From NCBI GenBank assembly GCA_963841435.1, contig CAWJCS010000006.1, positions 1,408,001 to 1,472,000 on the forward strand: 64,000 bases of DNA, read 5' to 3'. The DNA comes from an uncultured delta proteobacterium (GTDB lineage: Bacteria > Myxococcota_A > Polyangia > Polyangiales > Polyangiaceae). This document shows positions 39,792 to 49,533 of this stretch, one piece after another; the stretch's first letter is position 1, and every line of letters begins with the position of its first letter. Position numbers and translations under genes: made by a program. Under the pieces are notes generated by a model, which made no database searches, was not told where the DNA came from, and saw nothing but the letters and a program-made list of their open reading frames with translations.

Positions 39792-40236
39792 TGCGTTGCG
39801 AAAAAGGACGGCTGAGGCCGAGCTCGCTGGCGCGAGCGCAGACATCCGCGATTGTCACGGCGTCGAAGCATGCCTCGACGCGCGCGGAAAGGTCTCGGAA
39901 GACCGATTCGGTCACCCGGCGCGAGTCGGCGAGGCCCTCGGCGCGGCGCGTGCCCGTCTCGCGGTCGCCGAGCGCGATGGGGCCCTCGAGCGCCCGCACG
40001 ACATCGCCGAGCCGCACGTCGCTGGCCCGCCGGGCGAGGCTGTAGCCGCCCTGGGGCCCACGCTTGGATCCGACGATGCCCGCGCGCTTCAGGTCCTGGA
40101 AAATCTGCTCGAGAAACCGCGGGGGGATCCCCTGGCGCTCGGCGATGTCCTTGACCTGCGTGGGACCGCCATCGTTGTAGAACGCGATGTCGAACAGCGC
40201 GCGCACGGCGTAACGACCCTTGTTCGAGAGCTTCAC
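39775..40236 (-). CDS. Rrf2-family regulator (CymR/IscR-like)
   Basis: KLS.KGRYAVRAL, IAERQ.IP..FLEQIF..LK..G.V.S.RGP.GGY.L; lacks the IscR three-Cys cluster. Confidence 0.92.
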   Translation of the reverse strand: MKLSNKGRYAVRALFDIAFYNDGGPTQVKDIAERQGIPPRFLEQIFQDLKRAGIVGSKRGPQGGYSLARRASDVRLGDVVRALEGPIALGDRETGTRRAEGLADSRRVTESVFRDLSARVEACFDAVTIADVCARASELGLSRPFSQRNVYVI

Positions 40237-40253
40237 GAAGGCCTCGTCCAGGG

Positions 40254-40281
40254 AGGCTAATTGTCGCATCGGATTTGTCAA
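40254..40281 (-). promoter_or_regulatory. Sigma70-like promoter of the Rrf2-cys operon
   Basis: TTGACA-N16-TAGCCT on the minus strand. Confidence 0.55.
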
Positions 40282-40328
40282 GAACCGACCGCGGCGTCGC
40301 CCTCGAGCGGCTGCGGGGCCCCCGTACT

Positions 40329-42026
40329 ATGTTGAAAGGAGTGCGACCGGCGTTGGTCTTTTGGGGGGCGCTCGGCGTGCTCGCGCTGGTCCGATGCGGG
40401 GGGCGGGCCGAGGAGCGAGCGCGGGTTCACTCCCAGCCGATGGGCGGCACCGCAGGAACCGCGGGGACGGCGCCCGTTGGCGGTGAAGCGGGCGTCTGTT
40501 CCGGGTGCGGCGGGGAAGGAGGTGAAGGGGCGCAGGGTGGGGTGAGCGAGATCGCGGGGACGGGTGGCCGCGCGGGCGGCGCCGGGAGCTCGGGCTCGGG
40601 CGGTGGTGGCGGTCTCGGCGCAGGGACGAGCGGGATGGGCGGCCTGGCTGGCGAGGCCGGCCAAGGCGGCGCGGGGGACGAGGGTGTGGCGCTCACGAAG
40701 CTCGCCGTGTACCAGGCCGTCGAGGTGCCGCTCATGTCGGGCGGGCGGATTCCGGCGCGCAACGCCGCGCTCGTGGCGGGGCGGCGGGCGCTCGTCCGGG
40801 CGTGGCTCACTCCGAGCATGACGGCCGCGCCGCGCGCGCTCCGGGGAACGTTGACGCTCGAAAACAGCCTCGGCGAGAGCACGTTCGACGCCGACTTGAC
40901 GCTCGCGGTCCCCTCGACCGACGCCGAGCTGGGCTCGACGCTCGACTTCGAAATTCCCGCCGCGCTCGTGAGCGAAGATGCGGCGCTCGCGGTCACGGTC
41001 TTCGACGCGGAGGACGACGTGGAGCTTGCGCGTTGGCCGGTGAGCGGCAAACAGGCGCTCGCTGCCGAGGATTCGCACGGACCGTTCGTGCTTTCGCTCG
41101 TGCCGCTCGTCGTCGCAGGCCATGTGCCCGACCTCTCGATCCCGGTCCGCAAGCGTTACGAGCGGCTCATGCGCGCCATGTATCCGGTGCCCGACCTCGT
41201 GGTGACCGTGCACGGCGCCGTGACGCTGTCGTTCGACGTGCTTGCCGACGGCACGGGCTGGGACGAAGCGCTCGACGAGCTCTACGCGGTGCGCGCCGCC
41301 GACGACCCGGCGCCGAATGCCTACTACTACGGCGTGCTCACCCCCCGCGCGACGAGCGACGAGTACTGCCCGCGCAACTGCACCGTCGGGCTCTCGGTCG
41401 TCGCCGGGGCGAACGAGGAGCTTTATCGGGGCTCGATCGGCACGGGTTACTTCGACCGACCGAGCGACACGTTCTCGCCGGAGACCATGGCGCACGAGCT
41501 CGGCCACGCGCTTGGTCGCGACCATTCGCCTTGCGGCACGACCGACTCCGATCCGCGGTTTCCGTACGGCGACGGTTTCATCGGCAGCTGGGGTTACGAC
41601 GGCTCGAGGCTTCGCAACCCCGCCGTCGATACCGACGTCATGGGCTACTGTGTGCCGGTCTGGATCAGCGACTATACCTACGATCGCCTCTTCACGCGGA
41701 TCGCCTACGTGAACGGGCTTGCTCCCCGCGAAAGTGGCAACGCCCTGCCTGGTGGGGCCAAGACGTCCTTCCGTACGCTCGTCGTGCGGCCGGACGGCAC
41801 GCTCCGCTGGGGCCGCAAGAAGGTCACGCGTGGCGAGCCACCGGCGACGAAACGGAGGGTGGAGCTTCTCGACGCGAACGGTCGGGTCCTCGCGACGATC
41901 GAGGCGCCGTTCGCGCGTTTCGATCACTTGCCCGGCGGCTTTCTCACGCTGCCGTCCGGCGTGGTTGACGCGCCGGGCGTCGCGTCGCTTCGCGTCGGCG
42001 CCCAGACGCTGCGACGCGCTCCGTGA
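40329..42026 (+). CDS. Exported zinc metallopeptidase (M66-like) with Gly-rich linker
   Basis: HELGHALGRDH, PCG, D.MGYC...WISDY; hydrophobic N-terminus with Cys. Confidence 0.8.
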   Translation: MLKGVRPALVFWGALGVLALVRCGGRAEERARVHSQPMGGTAGTAGTAPVGGEAGVCSGCGGEGGEGAQGGVSEIAGTGGRAGGAGSSGSGGGGGLGAGTSGMGGLAGEAGQGGAGDEGVALTKLAVYQAVEVPLMSGGRIPARNAALVAGRRALVRAWLTPSMTAAPRALRGTLTLENSLGESTFDADLTLAVPSTDAELGSTLDFEIPAALVSEDAALAVTVFDAEDDVELARWPVSGKQALAAEDSHGPFVLSLVPLVVAGHVPDLSIPVRKRYERLMRAMYPVPDLVVTVHGAVTLSFDVLADGTGWDEALDELYAVRAADDPAPNAYYYGVLTPRATSDEYCPRNCTVGLSVVAGANEELYRGSIGTGYFDRPSDTFSPETMAHELGHALGRDHSPCGTTDSDPRFPYGDGFIGSWGYDGSRLRNPAVDTDVMGYCVPVWISDYTYDRLFTRIAYVNGLAPRESGNALPGGAKTSFRTLVVRPDGTLRWGRKKVTRGEPPATKRRVELLDANGRVLATIEAPFARFDHLPGGFLTLPSGVVDAPGVASLRVGAQTLRRAP

Positions 42027-42038
42027 AGACGCCCTCGG

Positions 42039-43802
42039 TCAGTAGAGCGCGGCGATTGCCTTGTCGTACTTTTTCACGACGGCGTCGCGCTTGACCTTGA
42101 GCGAGGGCGTCAGCATCCCGTTCTCGACGGTGAAGTCCTCCATCACCACGAGGATGCCGCGCGGCCGCTCGTACGACTTGAACGTCAGGGAAACGCGGTC
42201 GAGCTCGGATTGCAGCGCCCTTTTCACTTCGGGGTCCGTCGTCGGCTCCCCCGAGAACGGGCGGCCATGCTGCACGGCCCAGCGCTGCAAGCCCTCGCGA
42301 TCGGGCACGACGACCGCCACGTTGTGGGGCCTGTTGTCGCCGTAGAGCATCACGTTGGTGATGAGCGGCGAGAGCTTGAGCTGCTCCTCGAGCGGCGACG
42401 GCACGACGTATTTTCCGTTTTCGAGCTTGTACTGCTCCTTGATACGACCCGTGATGTAGAGGTACCCGTCGGCGTCGAGGCGGCCCATGTCCCCTGTGCG
42501 CAGGCCGTGGTCGGCGGTGAACACGCGGGCGTTCTCTTCGGGGCGGTTGTGGTAGCCCTGCATCACGTTGTGCCCGTAGACGATGATCTCGCCGTTTTCG
42601 GGATCGCCCGTGACATCCGTATCGATCGCGATGCGCACGCTCGGCAGGGCCTTGCCGACGCTGCCGATGCGCTGATTATCCGGAAAGTTGGTCGAAACGA
42701 CCGGGCTCGCTTCGCTCAAGCCGTAGCCCTCGTACACATCGATGCCGAGGGCGTTGACGAACTCGGCGACGTCTTTGCTCAGCGCCGCGCTGCCGCTCAC
42801 GGCGAAGCGCAACCGGCCGCCGAGGCGCGCGCGCACCTTGCGGAAGATCAGCGTGTCGGCGAGCTTCAGGCTCGCGAGCGCGACGGGGCCCAGTCGCTCC
42901 CCGCGCGTGCGGCGCGTGGCCGCGGCGAGGCCTGCGCGAAACAGCGCGCGAATCGCGCCGGGCTTGTCCTCCATCTGCCGGGTGATGCCCGCGTAGACGC
43001 GGTTGAAGATGCGGGGCACGGCGATCAGAACGGTTGGCTTTACCTCGCTGAGGTTCTGCACGAGGTTCTCGACGCTGTCGTTGATGGCGATCGACAGGCC
43101 GAGGCTGAGGAGCGAATGGAGCTCCGCCGTCTGGCCGAACGCATGGGCCCAGTACAAGAACGCGAGCGAGCGATCGGTCGGCCCGAGCGGGAACACGATG
43201 TTCACGTCGTTCACGTTGGCGCAGAAGTTTGCATGGGTGAGCACGACGCCCTTCGGCAGCCCCGTCGTGCCCGACGTGTAGATGAACCCGGCGATCTCGT
43301 TGGGGGCGGGGTGCTCGGGCGGCGTCGGCGCGTGGCTGCCCTGGCTCTCGATGCTCTTGAACGACGCGGGGTCGTCCGCGGGGAGCTCGATGCCGATGAG
43401 GTGCTCGATGCTCGGCACCTCGACGCGCCGGGACTGCAGCTTTTCGTAGATCACTCGCTTGGACGCGATCACGATGCGCGCGGCGCAGTCGTTCAGGATG
43501 AAGACCCACTCGTCGGCGTGCTGGGCCTCGTACATCGGCACGAACGTGGCGCGCAGGCCGTAGCTCGCGTAGGCCGCGACGGCCCATTCGATGCAGTTGT
43601 CCGCGACGATGGCCACGCGGTCTCCAGCGCCGACCCCCAGGCGTCTCAGCCCGCTGCGGAAGGCATCCACCCGCGCCTGGAAGTCGCGGTAGCTGATGTA
43701 GGACCAATTCCCGTCGTGTTTCGTCCCGAAGAGGTCATGCTCGGCGAAGTCCCGGCAGCTCTGCTCGTAGAGATCGACGAGGTTCTTGAAGGAACGCGTC
43801 AT
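42039..43802 (-). CDS. fadD: Long-chain fatty acid-CoA ligase
   Basis: YTSGTTG.PKGV, EGYGLSE, RTGD.G, GRIKE..KLENGKYV.P, LTPSLKVKR. Confidence 0.9.
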   Translation of the reverse strand: MTRSFKNLVDLYEQSCRDFAEHDLFGTKHDGNWSYISYRDFQARVDAFRSGLRRLGVGAGDRVAIVADNCIEWAVAAYASYGLRATFVPMYEAQHADEWVFILNDCAARIVIASKRVIYEKLQSRRVEVPSIEHLIGIELPADDPASFKSIESQGSHAPTPPEHPAPNEIAGFIYTSGTTGLPKGVVLTHANFCANVNDVNIVFPLGPTDRSLAFLYWAHAFGQTAELHSLLSLGLSIAINDSVENLVQNLSEVKPTVLIAVPRIFNRVYAGITRQMEDKPGAIRALFRAGLAAATRRTRGERLGPVALASLKLADTLIFRKVRARLGGRLRFAVSGSAALSKDVAEFVNALGIDVYEGYGLSEASPVVSTNFPDNQRIGSVGKALPSVRIAIDTDVTGDPENGEIIVYGHNVMQGYHNRPEENARVFTADHGLRTGDMGRLDADGYLYITGRIKEQYKLENGKYVVPSPLEEQLKLSPLITNVMLYGDNRPHNVAVVVPDREGLQRWAVQHGRPFSGEPTTDPEVKRALQSELDRVSLTFKSYERPRGILVVMEDFTVENGMLTPSLKVKRDAVVKKYDKAIAALY

Positions 43803-43902
43803 GCTCCCGAGGCAGCATAGGCCGGAAGGACCGAGCCGCGTCAACCGTAAGCCGGCGACCCGGCTGGCAAGCGGCGCGCGGCCGTGGCAGAGAACGGCCG
43901 CC

Positions 43903-45373
43903 GTGCCGACCTATTCGATCGTGACGTTCGGCTGCCAGATGAACCAGCACGATTCTCGCCGGATCGGCGAGGTGCTCGACGCATCCGGCTGGACCGAGGC
44001 GAGCACCCTCGAGCAGTCGGATCTCGTGCTCTTGAACACCTGCAGTGTGCGCGAGAAGGCGGAGCAAAAGCTCCGGAGCGAGGTCGGGCGCCTCGCCGAG
44101 CTCAAGGCGAAGCGACCCGCTCTTTTGATCGGCGTCGCCGGCTGCGTGGCACAACAGGAAGGCGAGCGTCTCGTCGCGCGCATGCCCCACGTCGATCTGG
44201 TCGTCGGCCCCGACAACCTGTCGGAGCTTCCTGCGATCCTCGCGGACGCCGAGCTCGGGGGCCCGACGCAGGTGCGCACGGTGTTCGATCTCGACGCCCC
44301 CCGCTTCCTCGCCGCGCGCCCGCTCCCCGGGGCGGCGCGCCCCACCGACTTCGTGACGACGATGAAGGGCTGCAACGAGCGTTGCTCGTTCTGCATCGTG
44401 CCGACCACGCGCGGCCCCGAACGCTACCGCCCGGCCCGCGAGATCGTCGAAGAGATCGCGCGGCTCGTCGCGGCGGGGACGCGCGAAGTGACGCTGCTGG
44501 GGCAGACGGTGAACAGCTATCGCGACCCGGAGCGCTCGCTCCCGGAGCCGGATGGCGCGGGCGAGCGCGCGTTCGTTCACACGCACCCGACCACGCAGCG
44601 CGAGGACGAAAGCGAATTTCCGGCGCTGCTCCGCCGTATCGCGAGCGAGGTGCCCGAGCTCGGGCGCCTGCGCTACACGAGCCCCCATCCGCGCCACCTC
44701 ACGCGTTCGTTGATCCGCGTGCACGCCGAGCTCGAGGTGCTCGCGCGGCACGTCCATCTGCCCGTGCAGTCGGGCAGTGACCGCGTGTTGAAACGCATGC
44801 TGCGGCGCTATTCGGTCGCCGAGTACCACGAGCGCGTCGAGGCCTTGCGCGAGGCCGTGCCGGGCGTGACGCTCTCGACCGACGTGATCGTCGGCTTTCC
44901 CGGTGAGACGCCGGACGACTTCGCCCGGACGCTCGACCTCGTCGCGAGCGTCGGATTCACGGGCCTGTTCGGCTTCAAGTACTCCACGCGTCCCTACACG
45001 CCGGCGCTCAAGCTCGACGGCGAGCCGCCCGAAACGGTGAAAGACGAGCGGCTACAGGCGCTGTTCGCGGTCTCGGACCGCGCGCGCGCTGATCACCTCG
45101 CTTCGCTCGTGGGGACGACCGTCACGGTGCTCGTCGAGGGGCGGAGCAAGGGCGCGTCGTTCACCGGGCGCAGCGAGCGCAACGAGATCGTGCATTTCGA
45201 CGCCGACGCCGAGCTCGTGGGCCGCATCCTGCCGGTCGTGGTCCGCCGCGCATTCAAAAACTCGCTCGGCGGAGCGATTCGAGCCTGCGTGGCTTTCTCG
45301 CCTCGAGCGTGGGGCGCGCCCGCCGCCACCCGACGCCGAGCGCCGCGTTCGTGCGCTCCCCGTCTTGCCATGA
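43903..45373 (+). CDS. miaB: tRNA-i6A37 methylthiotransferase (apparent +1 frameshift at about 45278 near the C-terminus)
   Basis: TFGCQMN, NTCSVREKAE, GCVAQQEG, CNERCSFC, QSGS, D.IVGFPGET, TRAM domain. Confidence 0.93.
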
Positions 45374-45891
45374 CCGCGGTCGTCCGTGCTTACCGCGGTA
45401 TCGTGCCGCGCCTCGGGCGCGACGTGTTCGTCGCGCCCACGGCGGCCGTCGTGGGTGACGTTGAGCTCGGCGACGAAGCGAGCGTCTGGTACGGCGCCGT
45501 TTTGCGCGGCGACGTGGGGCGCATTCGCGTCGGACGCCGCACGAACGTGCAGGACCTGGCGGTCGTGCACATGTCGCTCGGCGAGTCGAACGCCGAGCTC
45601 GGTGACGACGTGACCATCGGCCACCACGCCGTGATCCACGGGGCGATCGTCGAGGACGGCGCGCTCGTCGGCATCGGGGCGATCGTGCTCGACAACGCCG
45701 TCATCGGCAGCGAAGCCATGGTGGGCGCTGGTGCGCTCGTGACGGCGGGCATGCGCGTGCCGCCCCGCACGCTCGTGCTCGGAACGCCCGCGCGCGTCGT
45801 GCGACCGCTCGACGAAGGTGAATGGACGCAGGGCCGCGTCTTCGCGGCCCGCTACGTCGGTGTGGCGCGCGAGCACGCCGTCGCGGGCTGA
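45370..45891 (+). CDS. Gamma carbonic anhydrase / YrdA-like hexapeptide-repeat protein
   Basis: VVGDV.LG..ASVW..AVLRGD, TNVQD..VVH, TIGH.A.IHG. Confidence 0.9.
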   Translation: MTAVVRAYRGIVPRLGRDVFVAPTAAVVGDVELGDEASVWYGAVLRGDVGRIRVGRRTNVQDLAVVHMSLGESNAELGDDVTIGHHAVIHGAIVEDGALVGIGAIVLDNAVIGSEAMVGAGALVTAGMRVPPRTLVLGTPARVVRPLDEGEWTQGRVFAARYVGVAREHAVAG

Positions 45892-45909
45892 GCCAGCGCT
45901 CTGCCGCCG

Positions 45910-46110
45910 TCAGCCGCCGCCGACGAGGTGCACGATCTCGAGCCGATCGTCGGCGGCCAGCGGCGTGGTGGCGTGCTTGGCACGCGGGACGACTTCGCGG
46001 TTTCGCTCGACGGCGACGGGCCCCTCGGTGAAACCGAGCAGCTCGACGAGCCCGCGCACGGTGAGCCCGTCGCTCACGTCTCGCTCTTCGCCGTTGACCG
46101 TCAAGCGCAT
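45910..46110 (-). CDS. thiS: Sulfur carrier ThiS
   Basis: [29 protein letters not shown]. Confidence 0.9.
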   Translation of the reverse strand: MRLTVNGEERDVSDGLTVRGLVELLGFTEGPVAVERNREVVPRAKHATTPLAADDRLEIVHLVGGG

Positions 46111-46180
46111 GGTTTGGCCCTTCCTCCTCGGCGTGGGGACCCGGGCCACGTAGCACGTTCGCGCCGGGTCGGGGCCCGTT

Positions 46181-47629
46181 TTGCGAGTGGTGCCGGACGC
46201 GCTAGCCTTCGCACGGTGCGATTTCCTGGTCGTGACAGCGATCGCCGCCCTGGCCATCCCGCTCGGTGTGGCTGCCGTCGCCGGACCGCGTGTCGCGCGG
46301 GCCCTCGACGACCGCGTGGCGGTCACCTGTGCGGGCCTCAGGCTTCCGCCGGAGCGGGAGCTCGACCCGTTCGTCGCGGATCTCGCCGCACGGGCCCAGC
46401 AGCGCGAGGCGTTCCTCGCGCTCCCGGAGGGCATGCGCCCGGTGACCTTCGCGGCGCTCGGCATCGAGCTCGATCGCGAGGCGACGCACGAGCGCCTTGC
46501 GCGGGAGCGCCGGGCGCCGCCGCTTTCGACCCGGCTTTTCGCGCTGATTCGGGCGCCGGGTGAGCCACCACGCGTCGAGCCCGCGTTCCGCTTCGATGAA
46601 ACGCGCGCCCGCGGCTTCCTCGGCGCGCTCGCGAGCGAGCTGCACGAAGATGCGGTTGACGCGCGCCTGGACCTCGAGGGTCACCAGCGCGTTCCCGAAG
46701 CCGTCGGGCGCGATCTCGACGTGCCGGCCACGCTCCGTGCCGTTGCGGTGGGCGAGCGCCGCGAGCTCGCCGTGTTCGGCGCGGTGTTCGAGCCCATCCC
46801 GCCCACGGTGACGCTAGCGGCGCTCGCCTCGGTTGACGTGTCGAAGGTGCTCTCGAGCTTCGTCACGGATTTCTCGAAGAAGTCGCGCTCGCGCGTGCCG
46901 AACATCCGCCGGGCCGCCGCTTATCTGAACGGCGTCGTGCTGGGCCCGGGCGAGGTCCTGAGCTTCAACCGCGTCGTGGGTCCCCGCACGGCGGAGCGAG
47001 GCTTCAAGAACGCCCCGGTGATCGTCGCCGACGAGCTCGAGCAGGGCCTGGGCGGGGGCGTGTGCCAGGTGGCGAGCACGCTCTTCGCGGCGTCGATGCT
47101 CGGAGGGCTCGAAATCGTGACCCGCCGCAGCCACAGCCGCCCGAGCGGCTACGCTCCGCTCGGGCTCGACGCCACCGTCATCTACCCGGAGGTGGATCTT
47201 CGGCTCAGAAACCCCTATGCCGCGCCCGTGATCATCCACGCTTTCGTCCCCGACAGCCGCACGTTGCACGTCGAGCTCCTCGGCTTCGAGATTGGCCCCG
47301 TCCGGCATTCGTTCGCCGTCGAGCGGCGTGACCCCTTCGCCCGCCGCGTGGTCGTGAAGTCGGAGCTCTCTTCCGGCACCGTTGACAAGCGCCAGGATGG
47401 CCACGAGGGCTACGAGGGCAAGAGCACGCTGCTCGTGACCGCCACGGACGGGACCCGTCACGCCCGGCGCTACTCGAGCACGTACTACCCGGTGCCGGAG
47501 GTCTATTGGGTTGCCCCCGATGTCGACCCCCGCTCGCTCCCGCCGCTCCCCGAGGGCGCGCGTGGTGTCGAGCTCACGGACGAGGCGACGGCAGCTGACG
47601 GCGAACGAGGAGACGCCCGTGAGCCCTGA
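46181..47629 (+). CDS. VanW-family protein
   Basis: R..NI..AA..LNG.VL.PGE..SFN..VG.RT.ERGF, GGGVCQV.STL, HS....Y.P.GLDATV. Confidence 0.9.
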   Translation: MRVVPDALAFARCDFLVVTAIAALAIPLGVAAVAGPRVARALDDRVAVTCAGLRLPPERELDPFVADLAARAQQREAFLALPEGMRPVTFAALGIELDREATHERLARERRAPPLSTRLFALIRAPGEPPRVEPAFRFDETRARGFLGALASELHEDAVDARLDLEGHQRVPEAVGRDLDVPATLRAVAVGERRELAVFGAVFEPIPPTVTLAALASVDVSKVLSSFVTDFSKKSRSRVPNIRRAAAYLNGVVLGPGEVLSFNRVVGPRTAERGFKNAPVIVADELEQGLGGGVCQVASTLFAASMLGGLEIVTRRSHSRPSGYAPLGLDATVIYPEVDLRLRNPYAAPVIIHAFVPDSRTLHVELLGFEIGPVRHSFAVERRDPFARRVVVKSELSSGTVDKRQDGHEGYEGKSTLLVTATDGTRHARRYSSTYYPVPEVYWVAPDVDPRSLPPLPEGARGVELTDEATAADGERGDAREP

Positions 47630-49439
47630 GAGCGCCGCTCGCTTTCTCGTCGTGCTCGCCGCCGCGACGGCGGGCTGCCGCCGCGAGGCGCAGGGTCACG
47701 CGGCAGCGTCGGCGTCGGCGTCGGTGGCAGTCCCCGTCGGTCACGCGCCAGCGCCGGTCGATCACGGCGAGCTCGACACGAAGGCGCCCACGGACGCACC
47801 GAGGCTTGCTGCCACGGTGATCGCGACCACCGTGTACAAGCTCCCCGATACCGACTCGCGCCGCCTCGGCTACGTGCGCCTCGGCGGCATCATCCGCCGT
47901 GATCCGGAGCCGGTGCCCGGCAAGGGCTGCAAAGCACAATTTTACCACGTCTACCCGATCGGGTACGTCTGTACCGAGGAGGCGACGACCAAGCTCGATG
48001 CGCCCCTCGTGCGTGCTGCGAGCCGCCGCCCCGATCTCGACAGACCCCTGCCGTATGCGTACGGCTTCGTCCGCGCCACGGCGCCCCAATACCTTCGCAT
48101 CCCGACCCGGGCCGAGCAGGAGAAGAGCGAGTTCAAGCTCGAGGAGCACATGGCGTGGTTCGCCGAGCACCGGGCCGAGGTGCAGACCGTGGTTCTCGGC
48201 GCGAACGACGTGCCGCTCGACGAACGCGGCTACGCCACGCCAGGGCTGAAGCCGCCGCCCGGCTTCCGGCTTTCGACGGAGCGGAGCGACAACGAGCGCC
48301 TCGGCGGCCAGGGCCCCAACGATCCGATCCCATTCTGGCTCGTCGGGGGTCGCCAGATCCCGAACGTTTCGGGTTTCGAGGTGCCGGAAACGGCGATCTT
48401 CGCGGACCGCGTGCGCCGCAAGACGGGCCTTTCGCTCGTCGGCGCTTTCGAAACGGAGAGCGAGGGTCTGCGACGCCGTTTCGCGGTGACCGTCGATCTC
48501 CGGCTCGTCCCCACCACGAAGGTGAAGCCCGACACGGGCAGCCCTTTTCACGGCATCGAGCTGAGCGACAAGCTGCCCATGCCCTTTGCCTGGGTGGTTC
48601 CGAGCGACGCCAGGAGCTACCGGCTCGCGAAGGACGGCGACGAAGCCAGCCCCGACGTAGAGCTGCCCCGCCGCGTGATCGTTCCGCTCACGGGCAAGGC
48701 TCGCATCCAGGCAGGCGAGCGCTTCTACCAGACCTCCAAGGACCCGACGGCGTGGCTGCGTGCGAAGGACCTCGCCATCGTGGCGCCACCGGCCGAAATG
48801 CCCGAGGTCGCCGACGCCGGTAAGAAGTGGATCGACATCTGTATCACCCAGCAAACGCTGGTTCTCTACGAAGGCAAGCGCCCGCTCTACGCTACTCTCG
48901 TTTCGACGGGTCGCGATCGCCTCGGCGACCCCAAGACGACGCTGTCGACGCCGCGCGGGACCTTCACGCTGCAGAGCAAGCACATTGCCGCCGCGATGGA
49001 CTCCGACGAGAACTCGAGCGTCGCGGGCGGCACGCGCACCCGCAGCGTTGCCCACTCCGAGTCCTCGAAGGCGACCATCGAGCGCCTGCTCCGCGCGCGT
49101 GAGCACGGCGAGACGTTGAACGAAGAGGACCGCCGACGCCTCGCCAACATCGACAAGGGCCGCGACCCCGAGTACGGCATCACCGTGCGCCGCGGTGCGT
49201 CCGGCTTCGAGCTTCGGGACGTCCCCTGGATCCAGTACTTTGCCTCCGGGTACGCCATCCACGGCGCCTACTGGCACGACGTGTTCGGCATCCCACGCAG
49301 CCACGGTTGCGTGAATTTGTCGCCGATTGACGCTCGAATCGTATTTCGCTTCACCGATCCGCCGGTGCCCGAGGGCTGGCACGGGATCAACGTGAGCAGT
49401 GAGATGGGTGAGGGCACCACCGTCGTCATCCGCGAGTAG
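47619..49439 (+). CDS. L,D-transpeptidase (YkuD) lipoprotein
   Basis: Lipobox TAGC; WIDI....QTL..YEG, VSTG, TP.G.F, HGAYWHD.FG..RSHGCVNL. Confidence 0.9.
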   Translation: MSPESAARFLVVLAAATAGCRREAQGHAAASASASVAVPVGHAPAPVDHGELDTKAPTDAPRLAATVIATTVYKLPDTDSRRLGYVRLGGIIRRDPEPVPGKGCKAQFYHVYPIGYVCTEEATTKLDAPLVRAASRRPDLDRPLPYAYGFVRATAPQYLRIPTRAEQEKSEFKLEEHMAWFAEHRAEVQTVVLGANDVPLDERGYATPGLKPPPGFRLSTERSDNERLGGQGPNDPIPFWLVGGRQIPNVSGFEVPETAIFADRVRRKTGLSLVGAFETESEGLRRRFAVTVDLRLVPTTKVKPDTGSPFHGIELSDKLPMPFAWVVPSDARSYRLAKDGDEASPDVELPRRVIVPLTGKARIQAGERFYQTSKDPTAWLRAKDLAIVAPPAEMPEVADAGKKWIDICITQQTLVLYEGKRPLYATLVSTGRDRLGDPKTTLSTPRGTFTLQSKHIAAAMDSDENSSVAGGTRTRSVAHSESSKATIERLLRAREHGETLNEEDRRRLANIDKGRDPEYGITVRRGASGFELRDVPWIQYFASGYAIHGAYWHDVFGIPRSHGCVNLSPIDARIVFRFTDPPVPEGWHGINVSSEMGEGTTVVIRE

Positions 49440-49533
49440 GTGCGGGGGTGGGGGAGGGGTGGTAGCTTCTTCGTTGCGATGCCTGCCGAATGTAGCGATC
49501 GGGGCGGGTGGAGCCGGCCATGAAGGGGAAGGG

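Noticed and set aside
43786-45891. 701-aa MiaB-gamma carbonic anhydrase fusion
   Set aside because: An extra T at about 45278; the corrected miaB ends in an ATGA overlap at 45370-45373.
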